DNA of 53,439 bases from Betaproteobacteria bacterium (GCA_043751985.1 JAYUZG010000019.1:1-53439); one strand, 5' to 3'; positions 37,992 through 48,223 are shown, counted from the stretch's first letter. Program-made: numbers and translations. Notes: generated from the sequence alone by a model not told the origin.

Positions 37992-38692
37992 AAACATTGC
38001 TCTCAATTTTTTTTGTCGCAACGATCGCGATGACGGCGCAGGCACAGGCGCAGGCGCAAGACATCCGGCAAGGCACGGTAACGCTGAAGTTCGCGATCAA
38101 CAGTTTCAAAAAAGACGGCGGCAGTTACGGCAGCGCGGTGGCGACCGATGTGCTGCGCATTCACCAGAGTCGCTATGAGATCGACAGCGAGACCGTCGCG
38201 CTTGGATTCATCACCTTGCTCAAGCGCAGCAGCCGCGGGACGGTCGGCGCGCTCGGCTTGATGCCCGACGAGTTCCGCGATGAGCGGAAAACCAAGACAC
38301 CGGCCGTTGCACGCATCGATCGTGCACGCAAGGTGGTCACGCTGGATCAGGGCGAAAGCCGCGAAGAGCCTTTGCTCGACCCGCTCTACGACCAACTATC
38401 GTTCACCTATAGTTTTGTGGTGCGCCCGCCCGACGCCGAGGAATATCGTTTTTACATGACCGATGGCAAGCGCATCAGCAACTACGTGTACAGAAAAGTT
38501 GGCACGGAAATGATCGACTCGTCGCTGGGAAAATTGGAAACCGTGCATTTAAGAAAAATTCAGGACGCGGAGGATGAGCGTGGCGCCGAGTTGTGGCTGT
38601 CGCCGGCGCATCACTTCCTGCCGGTCAAGGCGGTAGTCACCGAAAAAGACGGCACGCGCCTCGAGCAAGTCGTCACCAAGATCACCTATTGA
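37988..38692 (+). CDS. DUF3108-domain outer-membrane/periplasmic protein
   Basis: The GTG start overlaps the purN TGA (GTGA). The signal peptide is VKTLLSIFFVATIAMTAQA. Its position after purN is as in betaproteobacteria, from memory. Confidence 0.7.
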   Translation: MKTLLSIFFVATIAMTAQAQAQAQDIRQGTVTLKFAINSFKKDGGSYGSAVATDVLRIHQSRYEIDSETVALGFITLLKRSSRGTVGALGLMPDEFRDERKTKTPAVARIDRARKVVTLDQGESREEPLLDPLYDQLSFTYSFVVRPPDAEEYRFYMTDGKRISNYVYRKVGTEMIDSSLGKLETVHLRKIQDAEDERGAELWLSPAHHFLPVKAVVTEKDGTRLEQVVTKITY

Positions 38693-39960
38693 TGCAATTC
38701 ACCGAAGCTCGTTTGAAACAAGCCACGCTCGCGCTGGACAGCGTATTGCTCCTCACCCATCCGGCCGACTCGGTGTTGCGCGAGCATTTCCGCGCGCACC
38801 GCGACCTGGGAATGAACGATCGCGCATTCGTGGCAGACACAGTGTTCTGCGTGTTGCGGCACAAGAGCTTGCTGGAAAACATTTGCGGCCGCGCCACGCC
38901 TCGGCGCCTTCTGCTGGCGGCGCTGATCAAATTTCAGGGTATCGGCCTGTCACAGTTGGACACGCTGCTGAGCCGCGACGAAAGGACTTGGGCAGAGTCG
39001 CTCAAAGCGATCGACGTAAATACTTTGCCGCCGGCGGTGCGGCTCAGTCTTCCCGATTGGCTGTACCAGCGGCTCGCGCAGATCATGCCGGAGAGTGAGT
39101 TGCTCGCGCTGGCGCGCGGTCTGCTCGCGCCCGCGCCGCTCGATTTGCGGGTCAATTCGCTCAAGGCCACGCGCGACGAAGTATTGACGCAACTCAAAGC
39201 CGATGGCCTGCCCGCAGTCAGCACGCGGTATTCGCCGATCGGCATCCGGCTGGAAGAGAAACCTGCGCTGCAAAAACATCCTCTCTTTCTCTCGGGCACG
39301 GTGGAGGTGCAGGATGAGGGCAGCCAGTTGCTGGGCTTTCTGGTGGCGCCCAAACGACGCGAGATGGTGGTGGACTTTTGCGCCGGCGCGGGTGGCAAGA
39401 CCTTGCTGCTCGGCGCCTTGATGAATTCGCAGGGCCGGCTCTACGCCTTCGATACTTCGGAAAAGCGCCTGAGCAATCTCAAGCCGCGGCTGGCGCGCTC
39501 GGGACTCTCCAACGTACACCCGCAACTGATCTCCAGCGAGCGTGACGCAAAAATCAAACGGCTGGCGGGACGCATTGACCGGGTGCTGGTAGACGCGCCG
39601 TGCAGCGGCTTAGGCACGCTGCGCCGCAATCCCGATTTGAAATGGCGGCAACAGCCGTCGGACATCGCGGAGCTGGCGCTGAAGCAAACCAATATCCTGG
39701 CATCGGCCGCGCGGCTGGTGAAAACCGGCGGGCGTTTAGTCTATGCTACGTGTAGCATTCTGCCGGAGGAGAATCGCCAGATCGTGGAGCAGTTTCTCGC
39801 GACGCACCCTGACTTTCACGCGCTCGACTGCGCGGCGCTGCTGGGCAAGGCGCACGTACCGATTCGCGCTGACGGCCTTTACCTCGAACTACTCCCGCAC
39901 CTGCATGGAACCGATGGTTTCTTTGCTGCGGCGCTGGAACGAAATGCGGCGAGTACCTAA
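38692..39960 (+). CDS. rsmB: 16S rRNA (cytosine-C5)-methyltransferase, RsmB/Sun family
   Basis: It has the SAM motif VDFCAGAGGKT and the catalytic regions DAPCSGLGTLRRNPD and YATCS. Confidence 0.88.
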   Translation: MQFTEARLKQATLALDSVLLLTHPADSVLREHFRAHRDLGMNDRAFVADTVFCVLRHKSLLENICGRATPRRLLLAALIKFQGIGLSQLDTLLSRDERTWAESLKAIDVNTLPPAVRLSLPDWLYQRLAQIMPESELLALARGLLAPAPLDLRVNSLKATRDEVLTQLKADGLPAVSTRYSPIGIRLEEKPALQKHPLFLSGTVEVQDEGSQLLGFLVAPKRREMVVDFCAGAGGKTLLLGALMNSQGRLYAFDTSEKRLSNLKPRLARSGLSNVHPQLISSERDAKIKRLAGRIDRVLVDAPCSGLGTLRRNPDLKWRQQPSDIAELALKQTNILASAARLVKTGGRLVYATCSILPEENRQIVEQFLATHPDFHALDCAALLGKAHVPIRADGLYLELLPHLHGTDGFFAAALERNAAST

Positions 39961-40501
39961 CTGCGTGTTTGCGTGCCTGTGCGTCGCGACCAGTGCGCTC
40001 GCCTTCGACGCGGCACGCGAGCTCCCCGCGACCGGAAGCATTCAGGTCGCTTTCTCCCCCAACGGCGGCGCGGCACATCTGATCATTGACGCGATCGATC
40101 AAGCACAATCGCAGATCCTGGTGCAGGCCTACAGCTTTACCAGCAAGGACATCGCGCGCGCCCTGGTGCGGGCGCAGCTGCGCGGAGTCGCGGTGCAAGT
40201 GATCGCGGACGCCGAGCAAACCACCCGGACCGAGCGACAGGTTTTGACGCTGCTGAGAAGGGAAGGTGTGGCAGTCGCGCTCGACGCGCAACACAGCGCC
40301 GCGCACAATAAAGTCATGCTGATCGACGCGAGTTCGCGCGCGCCGGTGTTGATCACCGGCAGTTACAACTTCACGGTCGCGGCGGAGCATCACAACGCGG
40401 AAAATCTGCTGGTGATTCGCGGCAACCTGGCCTTGACGCGGGCATTCGCCGAGGAATGGCAGACACATCGAGCGCACGCGTCGGCGTTCCTGTTGCATTG
40501 A
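39944..40501 (+). CDS. Phospholipase D-family protein, Nuc-like endonuclease with signal peptide
   Basis: The ORF is 185 aa with a single HKD motif (HNKVMLID...GSYNFT). The N-terminal signal is MRRVPNCVFACLCVATSALA. It overlaps the rsmB 3' end by 17 nt. Confidence 0.75.
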   Translation: MRRVPNCVFACLCVATSALAFDAARELPATGSIQVAFSPNGGAAHLIIDAIDQAQSQILVQAYSFTSKDIARALVRAQLRGVAVQVIADAEQTTRTERQVLTLLRREGVAVALDAQHSAAHNKVMLIDASSRAPVLITGSYNFTVAAEHHNAENLLVIRGNLALTRAFAEEWQTHRAHASAFLLH

Positions 40502-40510
40502 GATGATTGC

Positions 40511-41812
40511 ATGCAAGACGAGTTCGAACTGCACACCCTGGTTCTGACCGTGCTGCGCGAACTCGAGCAGCGCGCGGTGCTGTGGCAGCTCGCGATCTTG
40601 CTGGCGAGCGGGTTCCTCGCTTGGTGGGTGGCGCGGCTGGTGCGGCCGCGTATGACGATCCCGAGCGGCGCCGACCCGAATACCACGCTGCGCTTGAGCG
40701 TCGGCGGCATCAATCGTGTTCTGTTTCCGCTCGTCATGCTGGGCCTGTTGCTGATGGGGCGTTGGGCCTTGCGCCACTGGCAAAGCGTGAGTCTGCTGGG
40801 GATCGTCATTGCGATGGTCAGCGCGCTGGCGATCATTCGCGGTTCGGTTTATCTATTGCGTCATGTCTTCGCGCCCGGCAGTTGGTTGCGATCCTGGGAA
40901 ATTTCGCTGACCTGGCTTATCTGGGCGGGTGTGGCGCTCTACCTCGCCGGACTGCTACCCGCCGTGCTGGCATTTCTGGATGAAACGGGCTTTAACACCG
41001 GGCGGCAGCGCATTTCCTTGCTGATGATCACGCAGGCACTGCTGTGGATCGTCATCACTTTGTTACTGGCGTTATGGGTCGGGCGCTTGCTGGAGAAGCG
41101 CTTGCTGACGCTCACCCAGTTGGACGCCAATCTGCGAGTGGTATTTGCCAAGATCGCGCGCACCCTGCTGATCATCCTCGCGGTACTGGTGGTGTTGCCG
41201 CTGGCCGGCATCGATATCACCGCCTTGTCGGTGTTCGGTGGCGCACTCGGCGTGGGCCTGGGCTTTGGCTTGCAAAAAGTTGCCGCCAATTACTTCAGCG
41301 GTTTCATCATTTTGCTGGACCGGTCGATCAGTCCCGGTGACATCGTTACCATCGATGGCCATTACGGCGAAGTCACCAAGCTCACCGCACGCTATGTGGT
41401 GGTACGTGGCCAGGATGGCACAGAAGCCGTGATACCCAATGACACAGTGGTCACCTCGACCGTCGTCAATCACACTTACTCGAACCGGCGCAGCTTGATC
41501 AAGATTCCGGTGCCGGTAAGCTACGAGGGCGATTGCGATCTGGCGATGAGTCTGCTACGACAAGCAGCCCTGGCACACCCGCGGGTGCTGCGCGATCCCG
41601 CGCCCGCCGTATTGATCAAGCAATTCGGCGACAACGGCATCGATCTGGAGTTGCTGGTGTGGATCGACGACCCGGAGGCCGGCCGGCAGAATCTGGTGTC
41701 CGACCTCAATCTCAATATTCTTCGCGCGTTTGCCGATAACAAGCTGAGTTTCCCTTATCCGCAGCGGGACGTACGACTGATCCGGACGGATGGGGCGCCG
41801 CCCTTCAAATAG
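40511..41812 (+). CDS. Mechanosensitive ion channel family protein (MscS-like)
   Basis: The ORF is 433 aa with multiple N-terminal spans. It has the MscS core LQKVAANYFSGFIILLDRSISPGDIV. Confidence 0.85.
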   Translation: MQDEFELHTLVLTVLRELEQRAVLWQLAILLASGFLAWWVARLVRPRMTIPSGADPNTTLRLSVGGINRVLFPLVMLGLLLMGRWALRHWQSVSLLGIVIAMVSALAIIRGSVYLLRHVFAPGSWLRSWEISLTWLIWAGVALYLAGLLPAVLAFLDETGFNTGRQRISLLMITQALLWIVITLLLALWVGRLLEKRLLTLTQLDANLRVVFAKIARTLLIILAVLVVLPLAGIDITALSVFGGALGVGLGFGLQKVAANYFSGFIILLDRSISPGDIVTIDGHYGEVTKLTARYVVVRGQDGTEAVIPNDTVVTSTVVNHTYSNRRSLIKIPVPVSYEGDCDLAMSLLRQAALAHPRVLRDPAPAVLIKQFGDNGIDLELLVWIDDPEAGRQNLVSDLNLNILRAFADNKLSFPYPQRDVRLIRTDGAPPFK

Positions 41813-41892
41813 ATTCGGGCCGGAACCGCGTCCTTCCGGTACAATCGCGCCACTTCTTTTCCCTACAAGGACCTTGCGCTCCAGGCAACCTT

Positions 41893-43098
41893 ATGAATGT
41901 AAACGACTTGCCAGTTCTTCCTCAGATTCTGAATGGTGTGTTGGACCTGCCCTGGTGGGGCTATTTGGTCTACACGCTGGTCGCCACCCACGTCACGATT
42001 GCCGCCGTAACAATTTATTTGCACCGGCATCAGGCGCATCGCGCGCTTGATCTGCACCCGGTTGTCAGTCATTTCTTCCGCTTGTGGCTATGGCTTTCCA
42101 CCGGCATGGTGACCAAGCAGTGGGCCGCTATCCATCGCAAACATCACGCGAAGTGCGAAACCGACGAGGATCCGCACAGCCCACAGCGGCTGACCCTGAA
42201 AAAAGTGCTGATGGAAGGCGCCGAGCTGTATCGGGACGCCGGCAAGAAGGACGAGCAGCTTCTGGACAAGTATGGGCATGGCACGCCGGACGACTGGCTC
42301 GAGCGCAACGTGTATTCGCCGCATTCGGTGGCAGGTGTGTACCTTACTTTGATAGTGAACATGATTCTGTTCGGCCCGATAGGCATCACCATATTCGCGG
42401 TGCAGATGCTATGGATCCCGGTGTTGGCGGCAGGCGTGGTCAACGGCGTCGGTCATTATTTTGGATACCGCAATTTTCAGAGCGAAGACGCCAGCACCAA
42501 CATCGTGCCGTGGGGTATTCTGATCGGCGGCGAGGAATTGCATAACAACCACCACGCGTATGCATCCTCGGCCAAGCTGTCGAACCGCTGGTACGAGTTC
42601 GACATCGGTTGGGCCTATATCCGGATCCTGGAAATGCTGGGGCTGGCGCAAGTCAAGAAAGTGGCCCCGCCGCTGCGTTTCGAGAAAAAGTCCATCTGCG
42701 ACGTGGCCACGTTGCAGGCCGTGCTGACTCATCGCTACGACGTACTGGCCCGTTTCGCTCGCTCGCTGAAAACCACCTGGCTGGATGAACTGGCTCACCT
42801 GCGCGCGAAACTCGCCGATGGTCACGGCTTCGATACCCGTAAGTTCGATTCGTTGCTGCGCACCGACGCGCAGCAAATGCCACAGCAGGATCAGCGGCGG
42901 CTGGAGCAGACCCTGGAACACAGCAAGGTGCTGCACACCATCTTCACCATGCGCCAGGAACTGGCCGCGCTGTGGCAGCGCTCCAGCGCAACGCGCGAAC
43001 AGTTGCTACACCAGTTGGAAGATTGGTGCCGCCGCGCGGAGTTGAGCGGCATCGCCAGTCTGCAGAATTTCTCACGCACCTTGCGCGGCTACGCTTGA
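41893..43098 (+). CDS. desA: Membrane fatty-acid (delta-9) desaturase, DesA-like
   Basis: It has histidine boxes HRYxxH-like (HRHQAH), HRKHHAKCETDEDPHSP and HNNHHAY. The N-terminus resembles Pseudomonas DesA, from memory. Confidence 0.8.
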   Translation: MNVNDLPVLPQILNGVLDLPWWGYLVYTLVATHVTIAAVTIYLHRHQAHRALDLHPVVSHFFRLWLWLSTGMVTKQWAAIHRKHHAKCETDEDPHSPQRLTLKKVLMEGAELYRDAGKKDEQLLDKYGHGTPDDWLERNVYSPHSVAGVYLTLIVNMILFGPIGITIFAVQMLWIPVLAAGVVNGVGHYFGYRNFQSEDASTNIVPWGILIGGEELHNNHHAYASSAKLSNRWYEFDIGWAYIRILEMLGLAQVKKVAPPLRFEKKSICDVATLQAVLTHRYDVLARFARSLKTTWLDELAHLRAKLADGHGFDTRKFDSLLRTDAQQMPQQDQRRLEQTLEHSKVLHTIFTMRQELAALWQRSSATREQLLHQLEDWCRRAELSGIASLQNFSRTLRGYA

Positions 43099-43115
43099 CG
43101 GCGCAGCTCGTTCAA

Positions 43116-43148
43116 TAAAAAAGCCTGCCGAGCGGCAGGCTTTTTTTT
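43116..43148. terminator. Bidirectional rho-independent terminator
   Basis: The stem is aaaaaaGCCTGCCgagcGGCAGGCtttttttt, flanked by an A-run and a T-run. It lies between convergent desA and rpmG. Confidence 0.85.
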
Positions 43149-43178
43149 CGCACGCAGCGCATGCTGGGTGTCGCGCAA

Positions 43179-43334
43179 TTACTTCAGCTTGGTTTCCTTA
43201 TAGGCGACGTGTTTGCGCGCAACCGGATCGAATTTCTTGATTTCCATCTTTTCCGGTTTGGTGCGCTTGTTCTTGGTGGTCGTATAGAAGTGGCCGGTCC
43301 CGGCACTCGATTCAAGTTTAATTTTCTCGCGCAT
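43179..43334 (-). CDS. rpmG: 50S ribosomal protein L33
   Basis: It is not in the ORF track because it is under 60 aa. The translation is [51 protein letters not shown] (51 aa). Confidence 0.93.
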   Translation of the reverse strand: MREKIKLESSAGTGHFYTTTKNKRTKPEKMEIKKFDPVARKHVAYKETKLK

Positions 43335-43400
43335 GATCTTCCTTCCGCTCTACAGAGTCTCAGTGGTCACGGCCTGAGCCGTGCAGGACAGGCAATCCGC

Positions 43401-43637
43401 TCACGCAGCCGATTCGCGCGCGCGAATCTCTGCCAGTACGACTTCAATGCCCTTCTTGTCGATAGTGCGTAGCCCGCTCTGCGAAACGCGCAGACTGACC
43501 CAGCGCTTCTCGCTCTCAACCCAGAACCGGCGATAGTGCAAGTTGGGCAAAAAACGGCGTTTGGTTTTGTTATTGGCGTGGGAAACATGATTCCCGCCCA
43601 TCGGCTTCTTACCGGTTACTTCGCATACGCGCGCCAT
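43401..43637 (-). CDS. rpmB: 50S ribosomal protein L28
   Basis: The N-terminus is [33 protein letters not shown]. An SD GGGAG lies upstream. Confidence 0.93.
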   Translation of the reverse strand: MARVCEVTGKKPMGGNHVSHANNKTKRRFLPNLHYRRFWVESEKRWVSLRVSQSGLRTIDKKGIEVVLAEIRARESAA

Positions 43638-43669
43638 GGCGGCTCCCGACAACTTTGAAAAGGGGGCGA

Positions 43670-43698
43670 TTTATACCACAGCCTGCACCTGCACTCAA
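43670..43698 (-). promoter_or_regulatory. Candidate sigma70 promoter of rpmB-rpmG
   Basis: On the minus strand the sequence reads TTGAGT-N17-TATAAA, about 30 nt upstream of the rpmB ATG. Confidence 0.5.
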
Positions 43699-43956
43699 GG
43701 GCGGTCTGACACAATTTTCGCAACGGGCAAAGCCCTAGACAGAAAATTGTCGCGACTACTTTACAGATGACTGGTACATCGCCTATCCTTCGGGACACGG
43801 GTAACCAGGCTAGGCTTGCCGGCTTTTGCAGTCAGTCCGGCAGTGGCGTGCTCGTCGGGATCGCATAAACTTGACTGACGGTTGTAACCGAGAGGTGTGC
43901 CACAATCGGCGGACAAGTGGAGTGCGTGTGTCTAAATCATTAGGAGGAATGAAAGA

Positions 43957-44829
43957 ATGAGAAAGTCAATTATTGCAGCCGCACTGATGGGATTGGCCGC
44001 TCTTGCCACCGCCACTGGTGCATTTGCAGAAGCTACGGTTAAAGTGTATTGGACCACCAGTGGAATGTTCGGGCCATTCCCGATCACCGGGCTGATCCCC
44101 ACCGTGCCGAAGGAAAAGCAGCGTGACATTACCATTCCGGTCAGCATGTGGGTCATCGACCACCCGAAGGGCCTGGTCGTATTTGACACGGGCAACAACG
44201 TCGCCATCTCCGACGGCGGCTGCAAGGCCTACTGGGGCGCAGCCACCTGCGACTTCCTGAAGCCCACGCAGAAGCGCGAAGACGTCATCGACATGCAACT
44301 GAAGAAGCTCGGCTACTCGACCGACAAGGTCAAGGTCGTGGTGATTTCGCACACTCACCTCGATCACGGCGCGAACATGAAACTGTTCCCGAATGCGATC
44401 TTCGCGATTCAGAAGAAGGAACTGTATCAGGGCTGGTTCCCCGAGAAGTTCCAGGGCCGTTCCGGCACCCCACCCTTCGTGATGGCTGACATGGAAGGCA
44501 CGCGCGACTTCAACTTCCTGGAACTGGAAGGCGACTATGACCTGTTCGGTGACGGGTCCGTGTTGATCTTGAGCACCCCGGGCCATACGCTCGGACACCA
44601 GTCGATGAAGGTCAAGACCAAAGACAGCGGCACCATCATCATGTCGCAGGACGCGATCTGGATGCAGGAAAATCTGGATGGCTACCCCGCAGGTCTGAAC
44701 TACAGCGTTCAGGACTACACCAAGTCGGTTAATCGCCTGAAGTTCATGCGCGACATTGAAGGCACGTCGTTGTTCTTCGCACATGACGGGGATCAGTTCG
44801 CCGCCAAGGGCAATCGCTGGTACAAGTAA
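43957..44829 (+). CDS. Secreted metallo-beta-lactamase-fold hydrolase (lactonase-like)
   Basis: An SD AGGAGG lies upstream. The signal peptide is MRKSIIAAALMGLAALATATGAFA. The HxHxDH motif reads SHTHLDHG. Confidence 0.8.
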   Translation: MRKSIIAAALMGLAALATATGAFAEATVKVYWTTSGMFGPFPITGLIPTVPKEKQRDITIPVSMWVIDHPKGLVVFDTGNNVAISDGGCKAYWGAATCDFLKPTQKREDVIDMQLKKLGYSTDKVKVVVISHTHLDHGANMKLFPNAIFAIQKKELYQGWFPEKFQGRSGTPPFVMADMEGTRDFNFLELEGDYDLFGDGSVLILSTPGHTLGHQSMKVKTKDSGTIIMSQDAIWMQENLDGYPAGLNYSVQDYTKSVNRLKFMRDIEGTSLFFAHDGDQFAAKGNRWYK

Positions 44830-44868
44830 GTAAGCAGTTCCGGTCCTACAAAGGACCGTCTTCTTCAG

Positions 44869-44896
44869 GCCCTCCCGCTTTGGGGGGGCTTTTTGT
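44869..44896 (+). terminator. Rho-independent terminator after the MBL gene
   Basis: The stem is GCCCTCCCgctttGGGGGGGC (8 bp with one G-U pair), followed by TTTTTGTTG. A second hairpin, cggtcctacaaaggaccg, lies at 44841-44858. Confidence 0.65.
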
Positions 44897-44908
44897 TGTC
44901 AGGACATC

Positions 44909-45883
44909 ATGCAACCCCCATCCGCAGCAATTGACTTGCAGGCCGTTACCAAGCGTTTCGGCGCCAAGACCATCATCCATGACCTGACGTTTTCGGTTGG
45001 CAAGGGTGAAATTGTCGGTTTCCTGGGTCCCAACGGGGCGGGGAAGACAACCACGATGCGCATGATCGCGGGCTTCACCACCGCGACTTCCGGAGCGATT
45101 CGCGTGGCCGGGTATGACATGGCGACTCAGAACGAGGAAGCGGCGCGGCGCCTGGGCTACCTGCCCGAGCAGCCGCCTCTGTACGATATGCTGGAAGTCA
45201 CGCAGTACCTTGAGTTCGTATCCCGGGTCCGGGGCATTCCCCGTGCCGCGATGAAAAACGAGATCGAGCGGGTCACGACTGCGTGCCGCCTGGAGAACGT
45301 CCTCACACGCGAGGTATATAAGCTCTCAAAAGGTTATCGCCAGCGGCTGGGCCTCGCCCAAGCGCTGCTCGGCAGCCCTGAGGTGCTTCTGCTCGACGAA
45401 CCCACCGCTGGTTTGGATCCGGGGCAAATTCAGGAGACCCGCGAAGTGATCCGGGCATTCGGCGAAACCGGCACCGTGCTTTTGAGCACGCACATCCTGC
45501 CCGAGGTCACGCTCATTTGCCGCCGCGTGGCGATCATCAATCAGGGACATCTGCTCGCCATCGACTCTCCCGCGAACTTGCAGCGAGCCTTTGAACAGAC
45601 CAGCAGCGTCATGCTTGTCGCCCGCGCACCGGCCGAAGAACTCCGGCTGGAGCTCGCATCCATCGAAGGGATCGCGGCCGTCTTAGTGCGCGAAATACCG
45701 AACAAGCCCTCCTGGTTGGAGGTCGAATGCCAGGCTGATAACCGGGACGGCATCGAGTCCGCCATTGCCCGTCGCGTGGCAGCACGCTGGGACCTGCACC
45801 GGCTCGAGCGCCGTCAGCCCACGCTGGAGAACATCTTCCTGCGCTACGTCGGCGCACCGGCATGGGAGGGAGTGCAGTCATGA
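44909..45883 (+). CDS. ABC transporter ATP-binding protein (ABC-2/GldA-like)
   Basis: Walker A is GPNGAGKTT, the signature is LSKGYRQRL and Walker B is LLLDEP. A C-terminal extension of about 90 aa is present. Confidence 0.88.
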   Translation: MQPPSAAIDLQAVTKRFGAKTIIHDLTFSVGKGEIVGFLGPNGAGKTTTMRMIAGFTTATSGAIRVAGYDMATQNEEAARRLGYLPEQPPLYDMLEVTQYLEFVSRVRGIPRAAMKNEIERVTTACRLENVLTREVYKLSKGYRQRLGLAQALLGSPEVLLLDEPTAGLDPGQIQETREVIRAFGETGTVLLSTHILPEVTLICRRVAIINQGHLLAIDSPANLQRAFEQTSSVMLVARAPAEELRLELASIEGIAAVLVREIPNKPSWLEVECQADNRDGIESAIARRVAARWDLHRLERRQPTLENIFLRYVGAPAWEGVQS

Positions 45884-46587
45884 AGCGCATGCTCGCTATC
45901 TATCGCAAGGAAATGCTGGTTTATTTCCGCTCGCCCATCGCCTATTTCGTGGTGTCGGTGTTTCTGGTGGGGACCGGGTACTTCTTCTCCTACAACATGT
46001 TTATGACCGGAAGCGCGTCGATGGACGAGACCTTCCGCAACATGGGCATCTTGCAACTGACGCTGATGCCGCTGCTCTCGATGCGACTCTTCACCGCAGA
46101 ATTCAACGGACGCACTTTCGAGCTGCTCATGACCCTGCCGCTGAAAACCTGGGAGTTGGTGCTCGGAAAGTACCTCGGCGCGATCAGCATTCTGCTGCTC
46201 ATGACGCTGGGCTCCACCATCGATCTGGTTCCGCTGTACCTGTACGGCAATCCACAGACCACGACGATTATTGCCGGCTACCTTGGTTTTATTCTGCTCG
46301 GCATGGCCTGCCTCGCGGTTGGACAATTTTTTTCCTCCCTCACTCAGAATCAGATTGTCGCGGCGCTCATCACCGTGCCGGTACTGCTGTCGTTCTGGTA
46401 CGTGAGCTATATGCAGAATTTCCAGGCTTCGCAGTGGCTGCGCAGCCTATTGGGTTACCTGTCCTTTTCGCTGCATTACGCCGACTTCGTGCAAGGGCTG
46501 ATCCGCAGCGAGGCGGTGATCTTCTATCTCCTGGTGAGCGCCGCCGCGCTCATCCTCAACGCAACCTATCTGCAGTGGCGCCGCTAA
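45880..46587 (+). CDS. ABC-2 type transporter permease (GldF-like)
   Basis: Its ATG overlaps the upstream TGA (ATGA). It has 6 hydrophobic spans. The N-terminus is MKRMLAIYRKEMLVYFRSPIAYF. Confidence 0.85.
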   Translation: MKRMLAIYRKEMLVYFRSPIAYFVVSVFLVGTGYFFSYNMFMTGSASMDETFRNMGILQLTLMPLLSMRLFTAEFNGRTFELLMTLPLKTWELVLGKYLGAISILLLMTLGSTIDLVPLYLYGNPQTTTIIAGYLGFILLGMACLAVGQFFSSLTQNQIVAALITVPVLLSFWYVSYMQNFQASQWLRSLLGYLSFSLHYADFVQGLIRSEAVIFYLLVSAAALILNATYLQWRR

Positions 46588-46588
46588 C

Positions 46589-48223
46589 ATGGACAAGTTT
46601 TCTCGTTCCGGACTAATCCTTGCTGCCGGGCTGCTATTGCTTGCGTTCGCAGGCGCCATCCACGCCATTCTCCTTGAAGGCGTGGTGTGGACCTATTTGG
46701 CCGGCATCGCCGGTACGGGCCTGCTCGCCTGGGGCGCGTGGGGCCTGCGTGACGAATTGGCCGCACTGGTACGCCGGCGGCGCGGCGAGATCGTGCTCTA
46801 CGCAGCAGGCTTGCTGGGAGTAATGGCCGCGCTGGCCTACTTGTCAACACAGTTCACCGCGCGCATCGACATGACCGAGGAAGCCCGCTACTCGCTGATG
46901 CCGCAGACGCTGGCCATGCTGAAGAAGCTGGACAAGCCGGTGCGCGTCACGTTCTTCCACGATCCGCAGATGCGCGAATCCGTCGAACTCTATGAATTGA
47001 TGGCGGCCCAGACCGGAAAGATCTCGCTGGAGCTCTTCGATCCGATGCTCAATCCGGCGCAGGCACGGCTGCGCAGCGTCCAGTTTGCCGGCACCACGAT
47101 CCTGGAAAGCGAAAACCGCAAGCTCCTGCTGAGCAACCAGACCGAGATCGAAATTGCCAACGCCATCATGCGTGTCTCACAGGGCGTGACGCAGAAAGTT
47201 TGCTTCCTCGATGGCCATCAGGAGCCCGATCCGTTCAGCCAGGAGACGCACGATCACATGGAAGGCGCGGCCGGACATTCGCATGGCCTGGGGATGCAGT
47301 ACGTCACGCACCAGCAGCATGGCATGGCCAAAGCGCGCGGCGCGCTGGAAACCCTCAACTACACCGCCGAGAAGATTTCTCTCGCGCGTGAGAGCGCTGC
47401 TGAATCGCTCAAGAGCTGCTCGCTTCTCATAGTTGCCGGCCCCAAGGTTGCACTGCTCGCGCAGGAAGTCAGTGCCATAGACCGCTTTCTCGCCGCCGGC
47501 GGCAACGCCTTCTTCATGCTCGATCCGTTCGTCACCACCGGTCTCGAACCGGTGATCCGCGAATACAGCATCGTCGCAGACCAAGACCTGGTGGTCGACG
47601 AATCCAGCCACTTCTGGGCCGATCCGTCTTCGCCTGCAGTCACGGACTACAACTACCACGTCATTACGCAGGAGTTGCCGCTCACGTTTTTTCCGGGGGC
47701 ACGCTCCTTCTCCCCGGCCGACCAGCAGGTTCCAGGAACCAATGTCCAGCCACTGGTGAACTCCTCACAGCAGAGCTTCGGTGTAACCGATCCGAAGCGT
47801 GCTCGCTTCGACAAGGGCGTTGACCTGCCCGGTCCGCTGACAATCATGGTGGTGGCGCTGCGCCGTCCTGTCGACCTGAAGGACGAGCTGTACGCCAAGA
47901 ACCGGGGCAACGCAGCGGCGTCCGCGACTAAGGCCGGAGCGGCGGTTCCGGTGACGGCAAAGTCGCGTATCGCCGTGATCGGCGACTCCGATTTCGCGAC
48001 CAACTCCTTCTTCCATGTGATGGGCAACGGTCGCTTGTTCCTCAATACCGTGAACTATCTGGCCTCCAAGGAGAACCTGATCGGGCTGGAGCCTCGCGCT
48101 CGCGACGTACCGCGCGTGAATCTGACCAACCGTCAGATGAAGGGCACCTTTTTCGTTGCGATCATCCTCATCCCTGCCCTGCTCGCCGCAATCGGATTCG
48201 CAGTCTGGTGGAAACAACGGTGA
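46589..48223 (+). CDS. GldG-like ABC-transporter auxiliary protein (ABC_transp_aux family)
   Basis: The ORF is 544 aa with N- and C-terminal membrane anchors. The layout VRVTFFHD...LELFDP...CFLDGHQE...LLIVAGP...FFMLDP matches GldG. A His/Met-rich insert spans residues 209-246. Confidence 0.75.
   Translation: MDKFSRSGLILAAGLLLLAFAGAIHAILLEGVVWTYLAGIAGTGLLAWGAWGLRDELAALVRRRRGEIVLYAAGLLGVMAALAYLSTQFTARIDMTEEARYSLMPQTLAMLKKLDKPVRVTFFHDPQMRESVELYELMAAQTGKISLELFDPMLNPAQARLRSVQFAGTTILESENRKLLLSNQTEIEIANAIMRVSQGVTQKVCFLDGHQEPDPFSQETHDHMEGAAGHSHGLGMQYVTHQQHGMAKARGALETLNYTAEKISLARESAAESLKSCSLLIVAGPKVALLAQEVSAIDRFLAAGGNAFFMLDPFVTTGLEPVIREYSIVADQDLVVDESSHFWADPSSPAVTDYNYHVITQELPLTFFPGARSFSPADQQVPGTNVQPLVNSSQQSFGVTDPKRARFDKGVDLPGPLTIMVVALRRPVDLKDELYAKNRGNAAASATKAGAAVPVTAKSRIAVIGDSDFATNSFFHVMGNGRLFLNTVNYLASKENLIGLEPRARDVPRVNLTNRQMKGTFFVAIILIPALLAAIGFAVWWKQR

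Noticed and set aside
43711-43750. A 9-bp inverted repeat, acaattttc-N22-gaaaattgt, encloses a gggcaaagccc mini-hairpin.
   Set aside because: It lies upstream of the predicted rpmB promoter, not in the leader. It has no T-tract on either strand. There is no evidence for function, although it could be a relic terminator from before the insertion of the 43.9-49.9 kb block.
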